From an uncultured bacterium (GTDB taxonomy: Bacteria > Patescibacteriota > Minisyncoccia > UBA6257 > 2-01-FULL-56-20): a stretch of DNA of 64,000 nucleotides. The number at the start of each line of letters is the position of its first letter. Position 1 is the stretch's first letter. Below the pieces are notes generated by a model. It did not search any database, was not told the DNA's origin, and was given only the letters and a program-made list of their open reading frames with translations. Positions 32,300 to 42,501 of the stretch are shown in pieces. Made by a program: the position numbers and the translations under genes. The stretch is taken from positions 64,001 to 128,000 of the forward strand of contig CAWJQC010000008.1 in assembly GCA_963844965.1 (NCBI GenBank), given 5' to 3'.

Positions 32300-32663
32300 G
32301 TCGCGCTACTATCCATTTTCCCGGAAGATCTTTCGTCCATAACAACGGCCTGCTCGCGTTCTTCGCCGAATTCCTCTTCCACCTCAACATCTCCCTCCTC
32401 TGTTTCCTCGGGCCCCGCAAAAAATAAATCTGTTTCGTAGTTAGTGAACTTGTGCAAAATACCGTTGAGGGACCATTACGAATATAGGCGCTGAAAAGCT
32501 CCCGGCCGTCGGCGCGCCTGAACTTATTTGAAAGAGAAAGGCACAGATCTTTGAACCCGGAAATGAAACGCTGCAGTTCCGGCGATGGATTCGTAAAATC
32601 GGCCGGAATAATGTCTGGGACCTCTATTATTACTTTCAAAACGACCTCCGCTTGATGGAACAA
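32300..32663 (-). CDS. Hypothetical protein with acidic C-terminal tail (apparent frameshift at a C3/C4 run near 32470)
   Basis: Reading through the shift gives ...IRNGPLNGILHKFTNYETDLFFAGPEETEEGDVEVEEEFGEEREQAVVMDERSSGKMDSSATLH*. The 172-aa ORF in the track runs into antisense folD sequence. Confidence 0.35.
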
Positions 32664-32720
32664 GATTCTGGAAACAAGAATACAAAATTTACCGGATTAT
32701 TTCAAGTTGGTTTCTAAGGA

Positions 32721-33960
32721 TCAATGTTTTAATGGGAATTTCCTGCAGAGTTTTTTCACCGCGCCGTTCACATTCCTGTTTTGCGCCAAAACTTCGTCTA
32801 TCAGCCGCGCGACCTCCTTCATCTCTTTTTCTTTCATGCCGCGTGTCGTGAGAGACGGCGTGCCGATTCTTATTCCCGACGGGTCAAAGGGCGGCCTGGT
32901 GTCGTAAGGCACCGTATTTCTGTTCACAATAATGCTATTCCGCTCCAGACGATCCTGCGCTTCGCGGCCGGAAATTCCGAAATTCGTGAGGTCAATAAGC
33001 ATCAGGTGATTTTCCGTACCGCCAGAGACAAGATTGAAACCACGATGGACGAGTTCACGGGCAAGAGTGCCGGCGTTTTTAACTATCTGCCTACCGTACT
33101 TTTTGAAGGACGGCTGCATAGCTTCGTAGAGGCACGCAGCGATGGCGGCGGTTTGGTTGTCGTGCGGTCCGCCCTGAAGCGCCGGGAACACCGCCCTGTC
33201 AATTTCCTTGCCGATGTCAATTTTCTTCTTAAGGGCAAGCGGCGATACTCTGATTGGCGAAAATCAGCGCGCCGCGCGGTCCGCGCAGGGTCTTGTGCGT
33301 AGTCGTGGTCACGACATCGGCGTAAGGAAACGGCGAGGGATGCGCACCAGCGGCGACGAGACCGGCAATGTGAGCCACGTCCACGAGAAGATAAGCGCCA
33401 ACCTCGCGGGCTATCTTCCCGAATTTTTTGAAATCAAACTTTCTTGTATAAGCGGTCGCGCCGGCAACGATAATCTGCGGACGCTCTTTGCGCGCCATTT
33501 TTCTCACTACTTCGTAATCAATGAAGCCGTTGCGGTCAACGGAATACTGCGCGGACTTGTAAAATCGCGCGGAAAAATTCACCTTCCAGCCGTGCGTCAA
33601 GTGACCGCCGAAGGGAAGCGACATTCCCATGATTTTTTCTCCCGGCCGGAGCAGGGCGTAATAGACAGCCATATTCGCCGGCGAACCGGAATACGGCTGA
33701 ACGTTCACATGCCAATTTTTACCAAGATGGAAAACTTTCCTTGCCCTCTCCTGCGCCAATAACTCAATCTCATCAATCACCGAATTGCCCGCGTAGTATC
33801 TCTTACCCGGGTAACCCTCGGAATATTTGTTGGTTAGCGCGGACCCCAGTGCCCCGAGCACTCCGGCCGAAACGATATTCTCCGAGGGAATCAAGTCCAG
33901 AGTGTCGTTCTGACGCCGCGTTTCTTTTTTGATTAAATTTTCCACAATCTTGTCGCGCAT
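32721..33960 (-). CDS. glyA: Serine hydroxymethyltransferase (apparent frameshift around 33200-33240)
   Basis: ORF 33229..33960 has LIPSENIVS...[13 protein letters not shown] 32721..33191 has [11 protein letters not shown] ... The halves are joined through a different frame ([16 protein letters not shown]). Confidence 0.9.
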
Positions 33961-34037
33961 TCGTTAATTTTACACTTTTGCGCGCAGGAAAACAAAACAG
34001 CGCACGCGGTGGCGTGCGCCAATTCTCAAATATCCCC

Positions 34038-34403
34038 CTATTCATCACATGCGACAAGGCCCACGAAGAAAAGAAATGTAATCATTATGGAATAAGCGGC
34101 TATTCCGATGAGAATGGAATAAAGAAGTGACAGCGGCGGCGCGGCGGAGGATATTTTAGAAAAAGCCATGCCGCTTGCGATCGCCGGCGCGAGCATCGTC
34201 GTGGCCAAGAGTCCAAGAACTGCCGATGTCTCAATGTCTTCCATCAGCAATCCACCAAAGGTGAATGCCCCATGAATCATTTTATACATAAATCTGGCTC
34301 CACGGATATTTAGCAGGTCCACGGCGAATACCAGGACGAAGGGAGCAATGACGCAAAGAGGAATTACCCACCTTAGCGCAACAAAAAAATTAAGCCAGAA
34401 CAT
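34038..34403 (-). CDS. Hypothetical membrane protein
   Basis: The 121-aa ORF has 3-4 predicted TM helices. Confidence 0.35.
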   Translation of the reverse strand: MFWLNFFVALRWVIPLCVIAPFVLVFAVDLLNIRGARFMYKMIHGAFTFGGLLMEDIETSAVLGLLATTMLAPAIASGMAFSKISSAAPPLSLLYSILIGIAAYSIMITFLFFVGLVACDE

Positions 34404-34556
34404 AGCAATGCCTCCACTTAGCTAATAATCAAGCTAAAAACTAAGTAGTATGATAATCGCCTTGCGTAAAAATGTCAAGTACGCCACGAAAGCCAACTGA
34501 TACCGCGACATAATTGTGATGCGGCATTGGTTTGATGACGGTTCGGACAGCTTCGC

Positions 34557-35084
34557 CTAGGCGATATTCACTTCGCCCTCGTTCACGCGCTCCGGTATCT
34601 CCTCGGAAAACGTCCGGAACAATTCACCGCGCCATTCTGGCTTCTCTTTATATTCCACAACTTCCACTCCGGCCGCCCGTAACATATCCAACGTTTTGGA
34701 ATTGCGGTAAATCTTCCCAACGACCATCCGCTTCACGCCGCAAGCGATGGCATACTTGGCGCAATGGATGCATGGAGCATATTTGCTGTACATGACGGAG
34801 CCGACGGTATCTATATTGCCCTGGATCGCCGCCTGCAGAAGCACGTTATGCTCGCCGTGTATGGTGCGGACACAGTGGCCTTCTTCCATGAGATGACCGA
34901 CGTCGTTGCAGTGCGGCAAACCGGGCGGAGCACCGTTGTAACCGGTGGCTATAATCCGGTTGTTTTTGATAAGTATCGCACCCGAATAAAGGCGATCGCA
35001 GGTGCCGCGCGTGGCCACCAGCTTCGCGATGGCCATAAAATAATCATCCCAGGACGGCCGATAATGTTTTCTTTCTTCCGGCAT
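34557..35084 (-). CDS. dCMP deaminase (ComEB-like cytidine/deoxycytidylate deaminase)
   Basis: Zinc-binding motifs are HGEHNVLLQA and PCIHCAKYA. Confidence 0.8.
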   Translation of the reverse strand: MPEERKHYRPSWDDYFMAIAKLVATRGTCDRLYSGAILIKNNRIIATGYNGAPPGLPHCNDVGHLMEEGHCVRTIHGEHNVLLQAAIQGNIDTVGSVMYSKYAPCIHCAKYAIACGVKRMVVGKIYRNSKTLDMLRAAGVEVVEYKEKPEWRGELFRTFSEEIPERVNEGEVNIA

Positions 35085-35284
35085 GGTTTTTTTTGTAGTG
35101 GATTTTAATTATTTTACTTTGTCAGATCCTGAACCGCAATGCCAACCCCGCCTGCGCTGCTTTTAACGGAACGGAATCCGGTCGCTCAACGAAAGCATTG
35201 GCCTATCCTACGATTCTACAATCTTTCGCGGGAAAACAAAACCCGCTTCTCAAATTTGAGAAACGGGGTCGGAGGTGGCCGGTT

Positions 35285-35533
35285 TTAGCCGATAATACCC
35301 GCGCCGAAGATCGGCGCCTTGGGATTGCCCAGCCAGACCGCAAGCATGAAGACAGTGAGTAGGATGGCAATAAGCAGAAGCAGCAAGCTTGTGGTAGCGG
35401 AGCCTGTGGTAGTGGGTTCCGACTTCAAAATCGGCATCGGTGGTATACGAAAAGACAAGAAGGCAAAAATGAGGGAAGCCAACACTATGATCGCGATGCG
35501 CACCAAGATTGACGGGCAAAACAAATCCTCCAT
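35285..35533 (-). CDS. Hypothetical small membrane protein
   Basis: The 82-aa ORF has two hydrophobic helices. Confidence 0.3.
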   Translation of the reverse strand: MEDLFCPSILVRIAIIVLASLIFAFLSFRIPPMPILKSEPTTTGSATTSLLLLLIAILLTVFMLAVWLGNPKAPIFGAGIIG

Positions 35534-35600
35534 CGGTCACCTCGCCTACAGAATTCAACCACGGAACTAGTTTGACTATAAAGCGGTAAGTTGCGTCGTG

Positions 35601-36530
35601 TCAAATGCAACCGCCGAAAGTGAAGGCATACGCCCGCAGTCCACGGTCTTTCGCGAAAATTATGAGCTCGCCGCGCGGGGGAGCCGCCAACGGTCCGCCA
35701 CCGAAGTCCTTCGCGTTCGCGAGATTGTACATTTTAGTTTCACTTACCTCCAATTCCTTCAAAAGTTTTCCGTCAAGCTCCACGCGGACCTTTGCAGCGC
35801 GCTCGCCATCCGCTCCCATCACGAGATTAATTTCCATCGCTTCAAAATTGAGCGACAGATAATCAACGAATTCTTCGGTTTTCCTTTCGTACTCAATATA
35901 TTCCGGATAAACTTTCCAATCACCGGAGAAATTCCAGGTTTTTCCGGCGCGGCCGCGCATCGTACCGAGATAGGTTTCCGGCGTGGTTGGATAACAAACC
36001 CCGCCTTCGCCCTCCGTGGCCTTGACAACGGAGGGCAACTTCTCCCCCGGGTTAATTTCCGAAAGCGCCTTTCGGATTGCCTCTTCGGTCTCCGCATAAG
36101 CTCCCTCTCCGGCATGCTCGTATACTGCTTGGCCATCTTTATTTATCAAAAATTTATGCGGCCAGGAGTTATTGGAATATAAACTCCAAATTTGATAGTC
36201 GCTATCCATCACGACAGGATATTCAATTCCGAATTCCTTTATGGCCCTCGCGACGTTTTCAACATTCTTCTCAAATTCAAATTCTGGAGTATGCACGCCA
36301 ACGATCACGAGACCGAATTTTGCGTATTTATCGTGCCAGCTTCTTATGTGCGGCAGGGTACGGATGCAGTTCACGCAGGAATAGGTCCAAAAATCCACAA
36401 GCACGACATGCTTGCCGCGCAAATCTTTCATACTAAGGCGCTGTTCGCCGCCCAATCCCCCGCCGCTGGGCAAAAGGCCGGCGGGTAAGTTGAACCAGCG
36501 CAAATTTGGAGGAAACTCCGGTGAATGCAT
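35601..36530 (-). CDS. Thioredoxin-fold protein (CxxC, TlpA/redoxin-like) with C-terminal extension
   Basis: VVLVDFWTYSCVNCIRTLPHI is a CxxC redoxin motif. An uncharacterised domain of about 150 aa follows it. Confidence 0.55.
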   Translation of the reverse strand: MHSPEFPPNLRWFNLPAGLLPSGGGLGGEQRLSMKDLRGKHVVLVDFWTYSCVNCIRTLPHIRSWHDKYAKFGLVIVGVHTPEFEFEKNVENVARAIKEFGIEYPVVMDSDYQIWSLYSNNSWPHKFLINKDGQAVYEHAGEGAYAETEEAIRKALSEINPGEKLPSVVKATEGEGGVCYPTTPETYLGTMRGRAGKTWNFSGDWKVYPEYIEYERKTEEFVDYLSLNFEAMEINLVMGADGERAAKVRVELDGKLLKELEVSETKMYNLANAKDFGGGPLAAPPRGELIIFAKDRGLRAYAFTFGGCI

Positions 36531-36586
36531 TGTTTAAATATTAATTTGAACCGCGAAAAAAAACAAACACCCCTGCGCGCTACGCG

Positions 36587-37096
36587 TCAGGGGTGAAACT
36601 TCCTGATGATTCTCACCGAAAAGTCGGCCGCAAAAAATTCCTTGTCCCTCGGGCACTTTTTCCCATATGCCTCGGGGTTGGTTTGATAATCCACGATGTG
36701 GCCGACTTCATGGAACAAATCGCCCACCGTCGCGTCCTCCTGAAGGATAATCTCATTAGTGTCGGGCCAGCAGAACGATGTGCTTGATTCTTCAATGCCA
36801 ACGCGGTAGCAGAGATACAGGTACGGCCGTAAAAATGTCTTTCGCATGTCCTTCGGCAGAATATAAACGCGCGGGACATCCAGGTTGCCAAGGCCGGCGC
36901 GCGTCAAACCACCGTGAGCGATAAATTCCTTCGTGCTGTCGCGACGCAAGAGAAAACCCGGATTGGAAATAATGCTGAAGCCGACAGTGACGTAAAAAAA
37001 GGCAAAGATTATGCACGCGTAGACCGGACCGCGAAACAAATCGGGCAGCGGCTTGGCCAAAAAATCAAACCAGAGCCAGCGCAGGGATTTTTTCAT
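36587..37096 (-). CDS. Membrane-anchored putative zinc metallopeptidase (HExxH)
   Basis: The ORF has an N-terminal TM helix and a DLFHEVGHIVDY motif. Confidence 0.4.
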   Translation of the reverse strand: MKKSLRWLWFDFLAKPLPDLFRGPVYACIIFAFFYVTVGFSIISNPGFLLRRDSTKEFIAHGGLTRAGLGNLDVPRVYILPKDMRKTFLRPYLYLCYRVGIEESSTSFCWPDTNEIILQEDATVGDLFHEVGHIVDYQTNPEAYGKKCPRDKEFFAADFSVRIIRKFHP

Positions 37097-37270
37097 GAAC
37101 CACCTCGGTTTATATGTCCTCAGGATCCTATTCTTAGATTACCACTATTTGAAACAAAATCTACCGCACGGCTCCATGGTCCGTGCCTGTATATCACATG
37201 GCAGATACTGCGCAAAAATCAAAAATCTTGTACAATACAGGTCAGCAACTATAAAAACAAGGAGGTGTTT

Positions 37271-37601
37271 CGTGGCGGAGGAAAAAAATAATAAGCAGAA
37301 ACTCGCTGCTATCATCGCGTATGTAAGAAAACGGCGGAGGGAATCCAGAATAAAAATCGGCGTACCCCAGCCGCAAACCTCATGCTGGGGCGGTGGCATA
37401 GGAGAATTCGGCAATCTTGTTGAACTTAGTTTACCGTACAGACACGAAGAAGAATGGGATGAGCTCAAGGACCAGGAAACCCTTGACGGCGTACACCGGT
37501 ATGTTTCCTATAAACCGCCAAAAAAACCAGAAAAAATGAAGGGAGCCGCAATTAGCGGCCCTTTTTATTTTTTTTGGAGGTGCCTCACCCGAGGACGTTA
37601 G
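37271..37601 (+). CDS. Hypothetical protein (GTG start after AAGGAGGTG)
   Basis: About 110 aa. Its 3' end overlaps the repeated GGTGCCTCAC motif. Confidence 0.3.
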
Positions 37602-37672
37602 AACCTGTTTTACAGAAATGGCCAGCAAATTGTGAGTCCGGCAGGTTCGAATCCTGTAGGGGTGTCTGCTCC

Positions 37673-37701
37673 AGAACTGTGTTTGAGAGGAAAAACGATA
37701 C
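37673..37701 (+). promoter_or_regulatory. Promoter module TTGAGA-N17-TATATA with conserved spacer (copy 1)
   Basis: ttgagaggaaaaacgatacgacgtatatat. It is near-identical to a second copy at 38924-38953. The spacer contains the palindrome ATACGACGTAT. Confidence 0.5.
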
Positions 37702-37840
37702 GACGTATATATTCCGGGCCTAGGGCCAACCAACGAGTCGGCTGCCCGTCCTTGACGATTACCAGCTCCTTGTGCTTTCATCTAAATGGCTGGCGAGCCG
37801 CAAGCGAGCCAGACTACTTGACAAAGGAGGAAGTGGCCCA

Positions 37841-38134
37841 ATGAGAAACGGGAAACTTCTGCAAATTCCAGGTACTGAACTTTGGAACGGTTTGGAGGCT
37901 CTGCAGGTGGGGGGTGTCACGCCCAACCTGTGGCAGCGTCTCCGCTTAGATCTTTATTTTAGACGATATGCTGTCGAGATGATGGTCCAAGAGAACATAC
38001 GCCACCCCGGCCTTTCCGAAGCGGTGGAAGGTTTCCATTACGACACCCCTCGCTCCAAACTCGCTAACGGACTTCGGGAAAGGGGTTTCTATGTTGTGAA
38101 AGGTGAGATACGTAGAGGCCCTCGAGCCACATAG
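37841..38134 (+). CDS. Hypothetical protein
   Basis: The ORF starts at an ATG 10 nt after AAGGAGG. It has no recognisable motif and lies downstream of promoter module copy 1. Confidence 0.35.
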   Translation: MRNGKLLQIPGTELWNGLEALQVGGVTPNLWQRLRLDLYFRRYAVEMMVQENIRHPGLSEAVEGFHYDTPRSKLANGLRERGFYVVKGEIRRGPRAT

Positions 38135-38471
38135 CACGTGGCCAGTACACGCAATGGACATCGTTTTCTACCCAATACAGCCATTCCGCGCTCTTAATCA
38201 GGAAGAGGCCAGAGCTGAGCTCGACGAACGCAAGGTCCGTCCTGCTTACACCGAGGAATTTCTGCGTTTTTGCATGACCAAGCTTGCATTGGATACCACC
38301 TGTAGCCGACAAATCGGCGGGGTGGTAGCTCTGAATGCCTACCGAGATGATTGCGGAGTTCGCGAATATCTTTGTCTGGATCGCCGCCTTGACGGCAATC
38401 CGGCATTGGGTTTCTGGCACCCCGAGCCGACTTTCCCTGGGACGTGGGCGTTTCTGGGAGTCAGGCCATAG
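38103..38471 (+). CDS. Hypothetical protein (possibly the continuation of 37841..38134 through a frameshift)
   Basis: It overlaps the preceding ORF by 32 nt in a different frame. It starts at GTG. Confidence 0.3.
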   Translation: MRYVEALEPHSTWPVHAMDIVFYPIQPFRALNQEEARAELDERKVRPAYTEEFLRFCMTKLALDTTCSRQIGGVVALNAYRDDCGVREYLCLDRRLDGNPALGFWHPEPTFPGTWAFLGVRP

Positions 38472-38677
38472 GTTCAATCTTGCAGATCGAGCAACTGCTC
38501 GTCGCCACGACAAAAAAATCGTGGCGCTTTTTTACGAAAAACACCAGGGTGCCTCACTAAAGGACGTCAGAACCAGAATAATCGGGGCGTTACTGAAAAA
38601 TCGGTATATTTACATACCGGATTTAACTTTGCCAATAACTGCGAGGTAAAGGAATCTATCAGATTTGATAAGCTTCT

Positions 38678-38866
38678 TTACTTTCCGGCCTTGTCTAAAA
38701 TCTTTGAACCTATGTTTATTGAACCGACCAAGACAACACCCGCCAGAATTGCATAAATAAGAGAAAATCCTATCGTATCAATCAAGTATAACGAGAACAT
38801 AAAAGAAATGCAGACGATTATAATAGCCGGAATCCAAATCAACAAGTAGCCGAGGAGTTTTTTCAT
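38678..38866 (-). CDS. Small 2-TM membrane protein
   Basis: MKKLLGYLLIWIPAIIIVCISFMFSLYLIDTIGFSLIYAILAGVVLVGSINIG. Confidence 0.4.
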   Translation of the reverse strand: MKKLLGYLLIWIPAIIIVCISFMFSLYLIDTIGFSLIYAILAGVVLVGSINIGSKILDKAGK

Positions 38867-38923
38867 AGATTTATTTTACCTTATTTTACCCCACCCCACC
38901 ACTCACCGTATCTCCAGGCATAT

Positions 38924-38953
38924 TTGAGCGGAAAAACGATATGACGATATATA
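38924..38953 (+). promoter_or_regulatory. Promoter module TTGAGC-N18-TATATA (copy 2)
   Basis: ttgagcggaaaaacgatatgacgatatatat. It lies about 145 nt upstream of the secreted-protein gene at 39096. Confidence 0.5.
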
Positions 38954-39095
38954 TTCCGGATGTAAAATCGCAAAATATTCCAGGCCATAGGCAGTATCGA
39001 CAATTTTTCTCATCTGTTATATAAGGGATATAGGCCCGCCAGCAAGTATGCGGCGGATGAGGCAGTTTACATCATAAAACAAGGAGGCGAACGCA

Positions 39096-39500
39096 ATGCG
39101 ACGATTTGGATTTCTGGCACTCTTTTTGGGAATGACCATTCTGGGGACGTCTGCGCTGGCGGGATCCGCCAAAGACGGCGAATATGTTCTTGAAAAAAAT
39201 CAAATACAACCCATGGGTGAAGATAAGAGCTGCGGTCCATATTTTATCCTGACCACATATGGCGGGCGTTCTGCGGAGAGGATTGTCTTTCATTTCGTTG
39301 ACGATGATGGAAAGATTCAGGCCGACGCAATCAAGATTTCGATGGTTTCGGTCGTCGGCGACAAAGACAAAAAAGTCCCAACCGTTCAGTTCGAAAAAAA
39401 CGAGGACGAGAGGACAATGATTTTGCGAATTAGCCCGGAGGACAGGCAAGAGGCAACCTGCCTTAAAGCCAAGAGCGACGATACCAAAGGAGGCCGCTGA
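39096..39500 (+). CDS. Secreted hypothetical protein with signal peptide
   Basis: A strong RBS (aaggagg) precedes MRRFGFLALFLGMTILGTSALAGSAKDG. Confidence 0.5.
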   Translation: MRRFGFLALFLGMTILGTSALAGSAKDGEYVLEKNQIQPMGEDKSCGPYFILTTYGGRSAERIVFHFVDDDGKIQADAIKISMVSVVGDKDKKVPTVQFEKNEDERTMILRISPEDRQEATCLKAKSDDTKGGR

Positions 39501-39649
39501 ATCTAAACGGCCCCTTTTTCTTTTCTCGACGCCCTAAAAATATCAACATTTTTCGCCGGGTGCCTCACTTGAGGATGTTATTGTTTCGAAAAGAAAAAAC
39601 CGCCTCGGAAAACCAAGACGGTCGATGCACGTTTCCAGTACATTGGCTT

Positions 39650-39680
39650 GAGTGAACGGACGGCGAGGGGTATAATGAAG
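39650..39680 (+). promoter_or_regulatory. Promoter TTGAGT-N17-TATAAT
   Basis: ttgagtgaacggacggcgaggggtataat. A 33-codon basic mini-ORF at 39700..39801 follows it. Confidence 0.45.
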
Positions 39681-39948
39681 TTACTAAAGAAGAAATAGCA
39701 TGGCTCATCGCGGAGGCAAGAGAACGAAAAATAAGAGGAACCGAAAAGCACGGCGAAAGTTTAATAGTCGGGTTATTTTCCCGTCAGAAAGAAGGAGATG
39801 ATATCGTGGGCAGTCCGGTCGCGCCGACATGGTAGCCGTATCTGTCCCTCGATAATAAAAATACTTGGGGTGCCTTGTTGGATGTGTTTAGAACCGTGAA
39901 TTGGAATGAATTACGGGAAGGTATGGCGAATTTAAGCTTTGTGGGCGG

Positions 39949-40365
39949 TTAATAAACCCAGATTCCAATAGCAAGCAGGATAATCCGCACGAGCATAAAG
40001 GCAATTAAGTGGAGCATATAAAATATACCCTTTTCGAACATATCAATGCCCCAAATTTTGAAACAGATAAGAATGACGGCGGAGTGGACGATAAGGTAAG
40101 AGAAACTGCCAATTATCCGGTTGACAGATGGAGGAAGGCCGTTGGATTGGCGCATCCTTCCGAAAGTCATTGCGGTAAAAACGACAGAAACCAACACGAG
40201 GAAGATACCGATTACGATCGTTGGGATGAGGGGTGAAATAAACGATTGCCACAATTGCACGAAAGGCGCATCAAGGGCGTTAAATATCGGCTGGAGCATT
40301 TGGGTCGCCGAGGCGACAGCGCTGGAGGAATACACTGGGAAGATAACCGGCGGTGTAGATGTCAT
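39949..40365 (-). CDS. Hypothetical membrane protein
   Basis: The 138-aa ORF has 3 predicted TM helices. Confidence 0.4.
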   Translation of the reverse strand: MTSTPPVIFPVYSSSAVASATQMLQPIFNALDAPFVQLWQSFISPLIPTIVIGIFLVLVSVVFTAMTFGRMRQSNGLPPSVNRIIGSFSYLIVHSAVILICFKIWGIDMFEKGIFYMLHLIAFMLVRIILLAIGIWVY

Positions 40366-40431
40366 CCCAGCAACATACAGCAGTTATGGCGGGCTGGTCA
40401 ATTGGTGGCCGCGGGTTATATAATATCTTTA

Positions 40432-41667
40432 ATGAAAATCGAGAGCCAAAAACTCAACGTAACCGAGGCGTTTAAAAACTTCTATTACATCGTCCCGCCG
40501 TATCAGCGGGAGTATGTTTGGAAGGAGAGAAACGTTGCCCAGTTATTTAACGATATTTACGACGAATATACCAACGATAAAAACTCCGAATACTTTATCG
40601 GCAGTATCGTCGTAAATAAGCGTGAGGATGGCACATACGAAGTGATCGACGGCCAACAGCGATTAACCACTTTATTTATTAGTCTTTGTGCGCTTAAACG
40701 TGTGTTCAAAAATTCCCAAGATCATTTAAGCGTTATAGAAAATCTGCTCACTTCCCCGACGACGAACGATAAAGGCGAAATCATCCGCAGCTCCCATCTT
40801 GAACTGCAATATGAAGGCACAGCAGACATTTTACGCGATATTTTGAATGACAAGGAATTAAGCAAAAAAACGTCTGGTTCGGCAGAACACATCAAAGAAG
40901 CCCTCGAAACCATCCTCGAATACCTGAACGCAAACTTCAAAACAGAAAATGACCGAACGCGGTTTTATGGATATTTTATGCACAAGGTAAATTTTGTGCA
41001 GATTGAAACGCCGAGCGTGAGCGACGCTTTGAAAATTTTTGAAACGATCAATGAGCGCGGCGTTGGCCTGAATCCGATGGATTTGCTCAAAAATTTGATA
41101 TTTCAGCAATTGCCACGCGACGAGTTTCAAAAGGTTAATGTCGAATGGAAGAAAATAACGAGGACGTTGGAAAAGAATGGGCAGAAGCCACTCCGCTTTT
41201 TACGCTACTTCATAATGGCCAACTATCAGGTCAAGGATACTAAAGACGTCGAGGTTGTGCGTGAGGACGAGATTTACGACTGGGTGGTAAGACACGCCGA
41301 GGTTTGCGGCTATAGGAAAGATCCATTCGGGTTTGTGGGAAAAATCGCCACAGATGCCGAAGCCTACGTTTCATTTTTCAACGGTATGACGCTGGAGGGC
41401 AAGAATAGCGTCGAATTGGAAAACATCAGGAGCTTGGGCGGCGGTGCATTCAGCCAACATTTAGTTATGCTGCTTGCGGCCAAAGAGTTGCCCGAAGACC
41501 TTTTTCTTCATCTCGTTCGACAGGTGGAAAGCTTATCTTTTACTACTTCATTACGAAAACTCCCGCGAAAGCACTGGAAGCCCGTTTTTCCCGATGGGCG
41601 GATGATTTGCGTGATGTAGCGGGCGATGCAGATCAAAAAGCCGCCCTCAATAAATTCATAATGTAAA
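40432..41667 (+). CDS. DUF262 (ParB/Srx-fold, GmrSD N-terminal type) domain protein; apparent frameshift near 41550
   Basis: VPPYQREYVWKERNVAQLFNDIYDEY ... IDGQQRLTTLFISL are DUF262 hallmarks. The C-terminus continues in another frame (...KTPAKALEARFSRWADDLRDVAGDADQKAALNKFIM*). No DUF1524/HNH partner domain is present. Confidence 0.6.
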
Positions 41668-41718
41668 GGATAGGTTTCTTTAGACAGTGATTCGACGGCT
41701 TTTTGCCGTTTTTTTTCG

Positions 41719-42501
41719 TTAAGCCGCAATCTTCTCGGCAAACACGGACGGCGGCATCTTGAGGGCGGAGTGGATCCGCGTGTGGTTGTACTGCCACAAG
41801 GTGCTGTAGATCTCCGCCACGAGCTCGCCGAAGGTCCCGAACCGGTTGGGATCACCGAGGTCAATCTTGAACTTGTCATAGAACGATTCCTGGTAGCCGT
41901 TTTCCCATGGGGCACCGGGCCGCGACCGCGAGATCGTGATGCCACAGTCCCCCAGTGTATCGGTGAACGCTCGTGCCTTGTACTCGCTGCCGTTGTCCGA
42001 ATGGAAGATGACCGGATGCGGATGGTGGAAAAGCGCGTTGGCCAGGGTCTGTATCGTGAGGGGCGATCCTTTCCGCAACGCCACATGGACGCCCATCAAT
42101 CGTCTCGTGAAAAGATCGAGTATCGTGGACACGTACACTTTCTTGCCGCGATACAGGAACTCCGTGAAATCGGTTGCCCAGACGTGGTTCGCGTACGAGG
42201 GCATGATGGCAAGTAAGAGGTTCGGAAAGGCCCGCGATGCCTTTGATTTCCGGTATTTCCTGCCTCGCCTCCGGTACGGCCTTATGCCGAAGATTCGCAT
42301 GACGCGCTGCGCTCGCGGACGGCTCACGCCCAGAGCTTGTCCCAAGCGCCGGGAACCGTATGCCGGATGGCGCTGCAATTCTTCTTCCATGCGGATCTTG
42401 AGCGCCCAATCTTTCTTGTCCTGCCGTGATACGTAGTAGAGCGATGCCCGCGAGACGCCCATGGCCCGCGCCATGGCGGACTTGTTCCGCTTTTCCGTCA
42501 A
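41719..42501 (-). CDS. IS3-family transposase OrfB (DDE integrase core)
   Basis: HSDNGSEYKARAFTDTL ... PGAPWENGYQESFYDKFK. Confidence 0.85.
   Translation of the reverse strand: MTEKRNKSAMARAMGVSRASLYYVSRQDKKDWALKIRMEEELQRHPAYGSRRLGQALGVSRPRAQRVMRIFGIRPYRRRGRKYRKSKASRAFPNLLLAIMPSYANHVWATDFTEFLYRGKKVYVSTILDLFTRRLMGVHVALRKGSPLTIQTLANALFHHPHPVIFHSDNGSEYKARAFTDTLGDCGITISRSRPGAPWENGYQESFYDKFKIDLGDPNRFGTFGELVAEIYSTLWQYNHTRIHSALKMPPSVFAEKIAA

Noticed and set aside
32145-32663. 172-aa ORF as a single protein
   Set aside because: Its second half is Arg/Trp-rich antisense of the folD 5' region. A 1-nt frame correction at a C-run yields a clean 120-aa protein with an acidic tail that ends before folD.
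37576-37660. tRNA gene suggested by an exact GGTTCGAATCC T-arm consensus at 37644-37654
   Set aside because: I could not pair any 7-nt 5' strand with the downstream AGGGGTG. I also found no D arm or anticodon arm at tRNA spacing. I treat it as a tRNA-derived remnant motif and did not annotate a tRNA.
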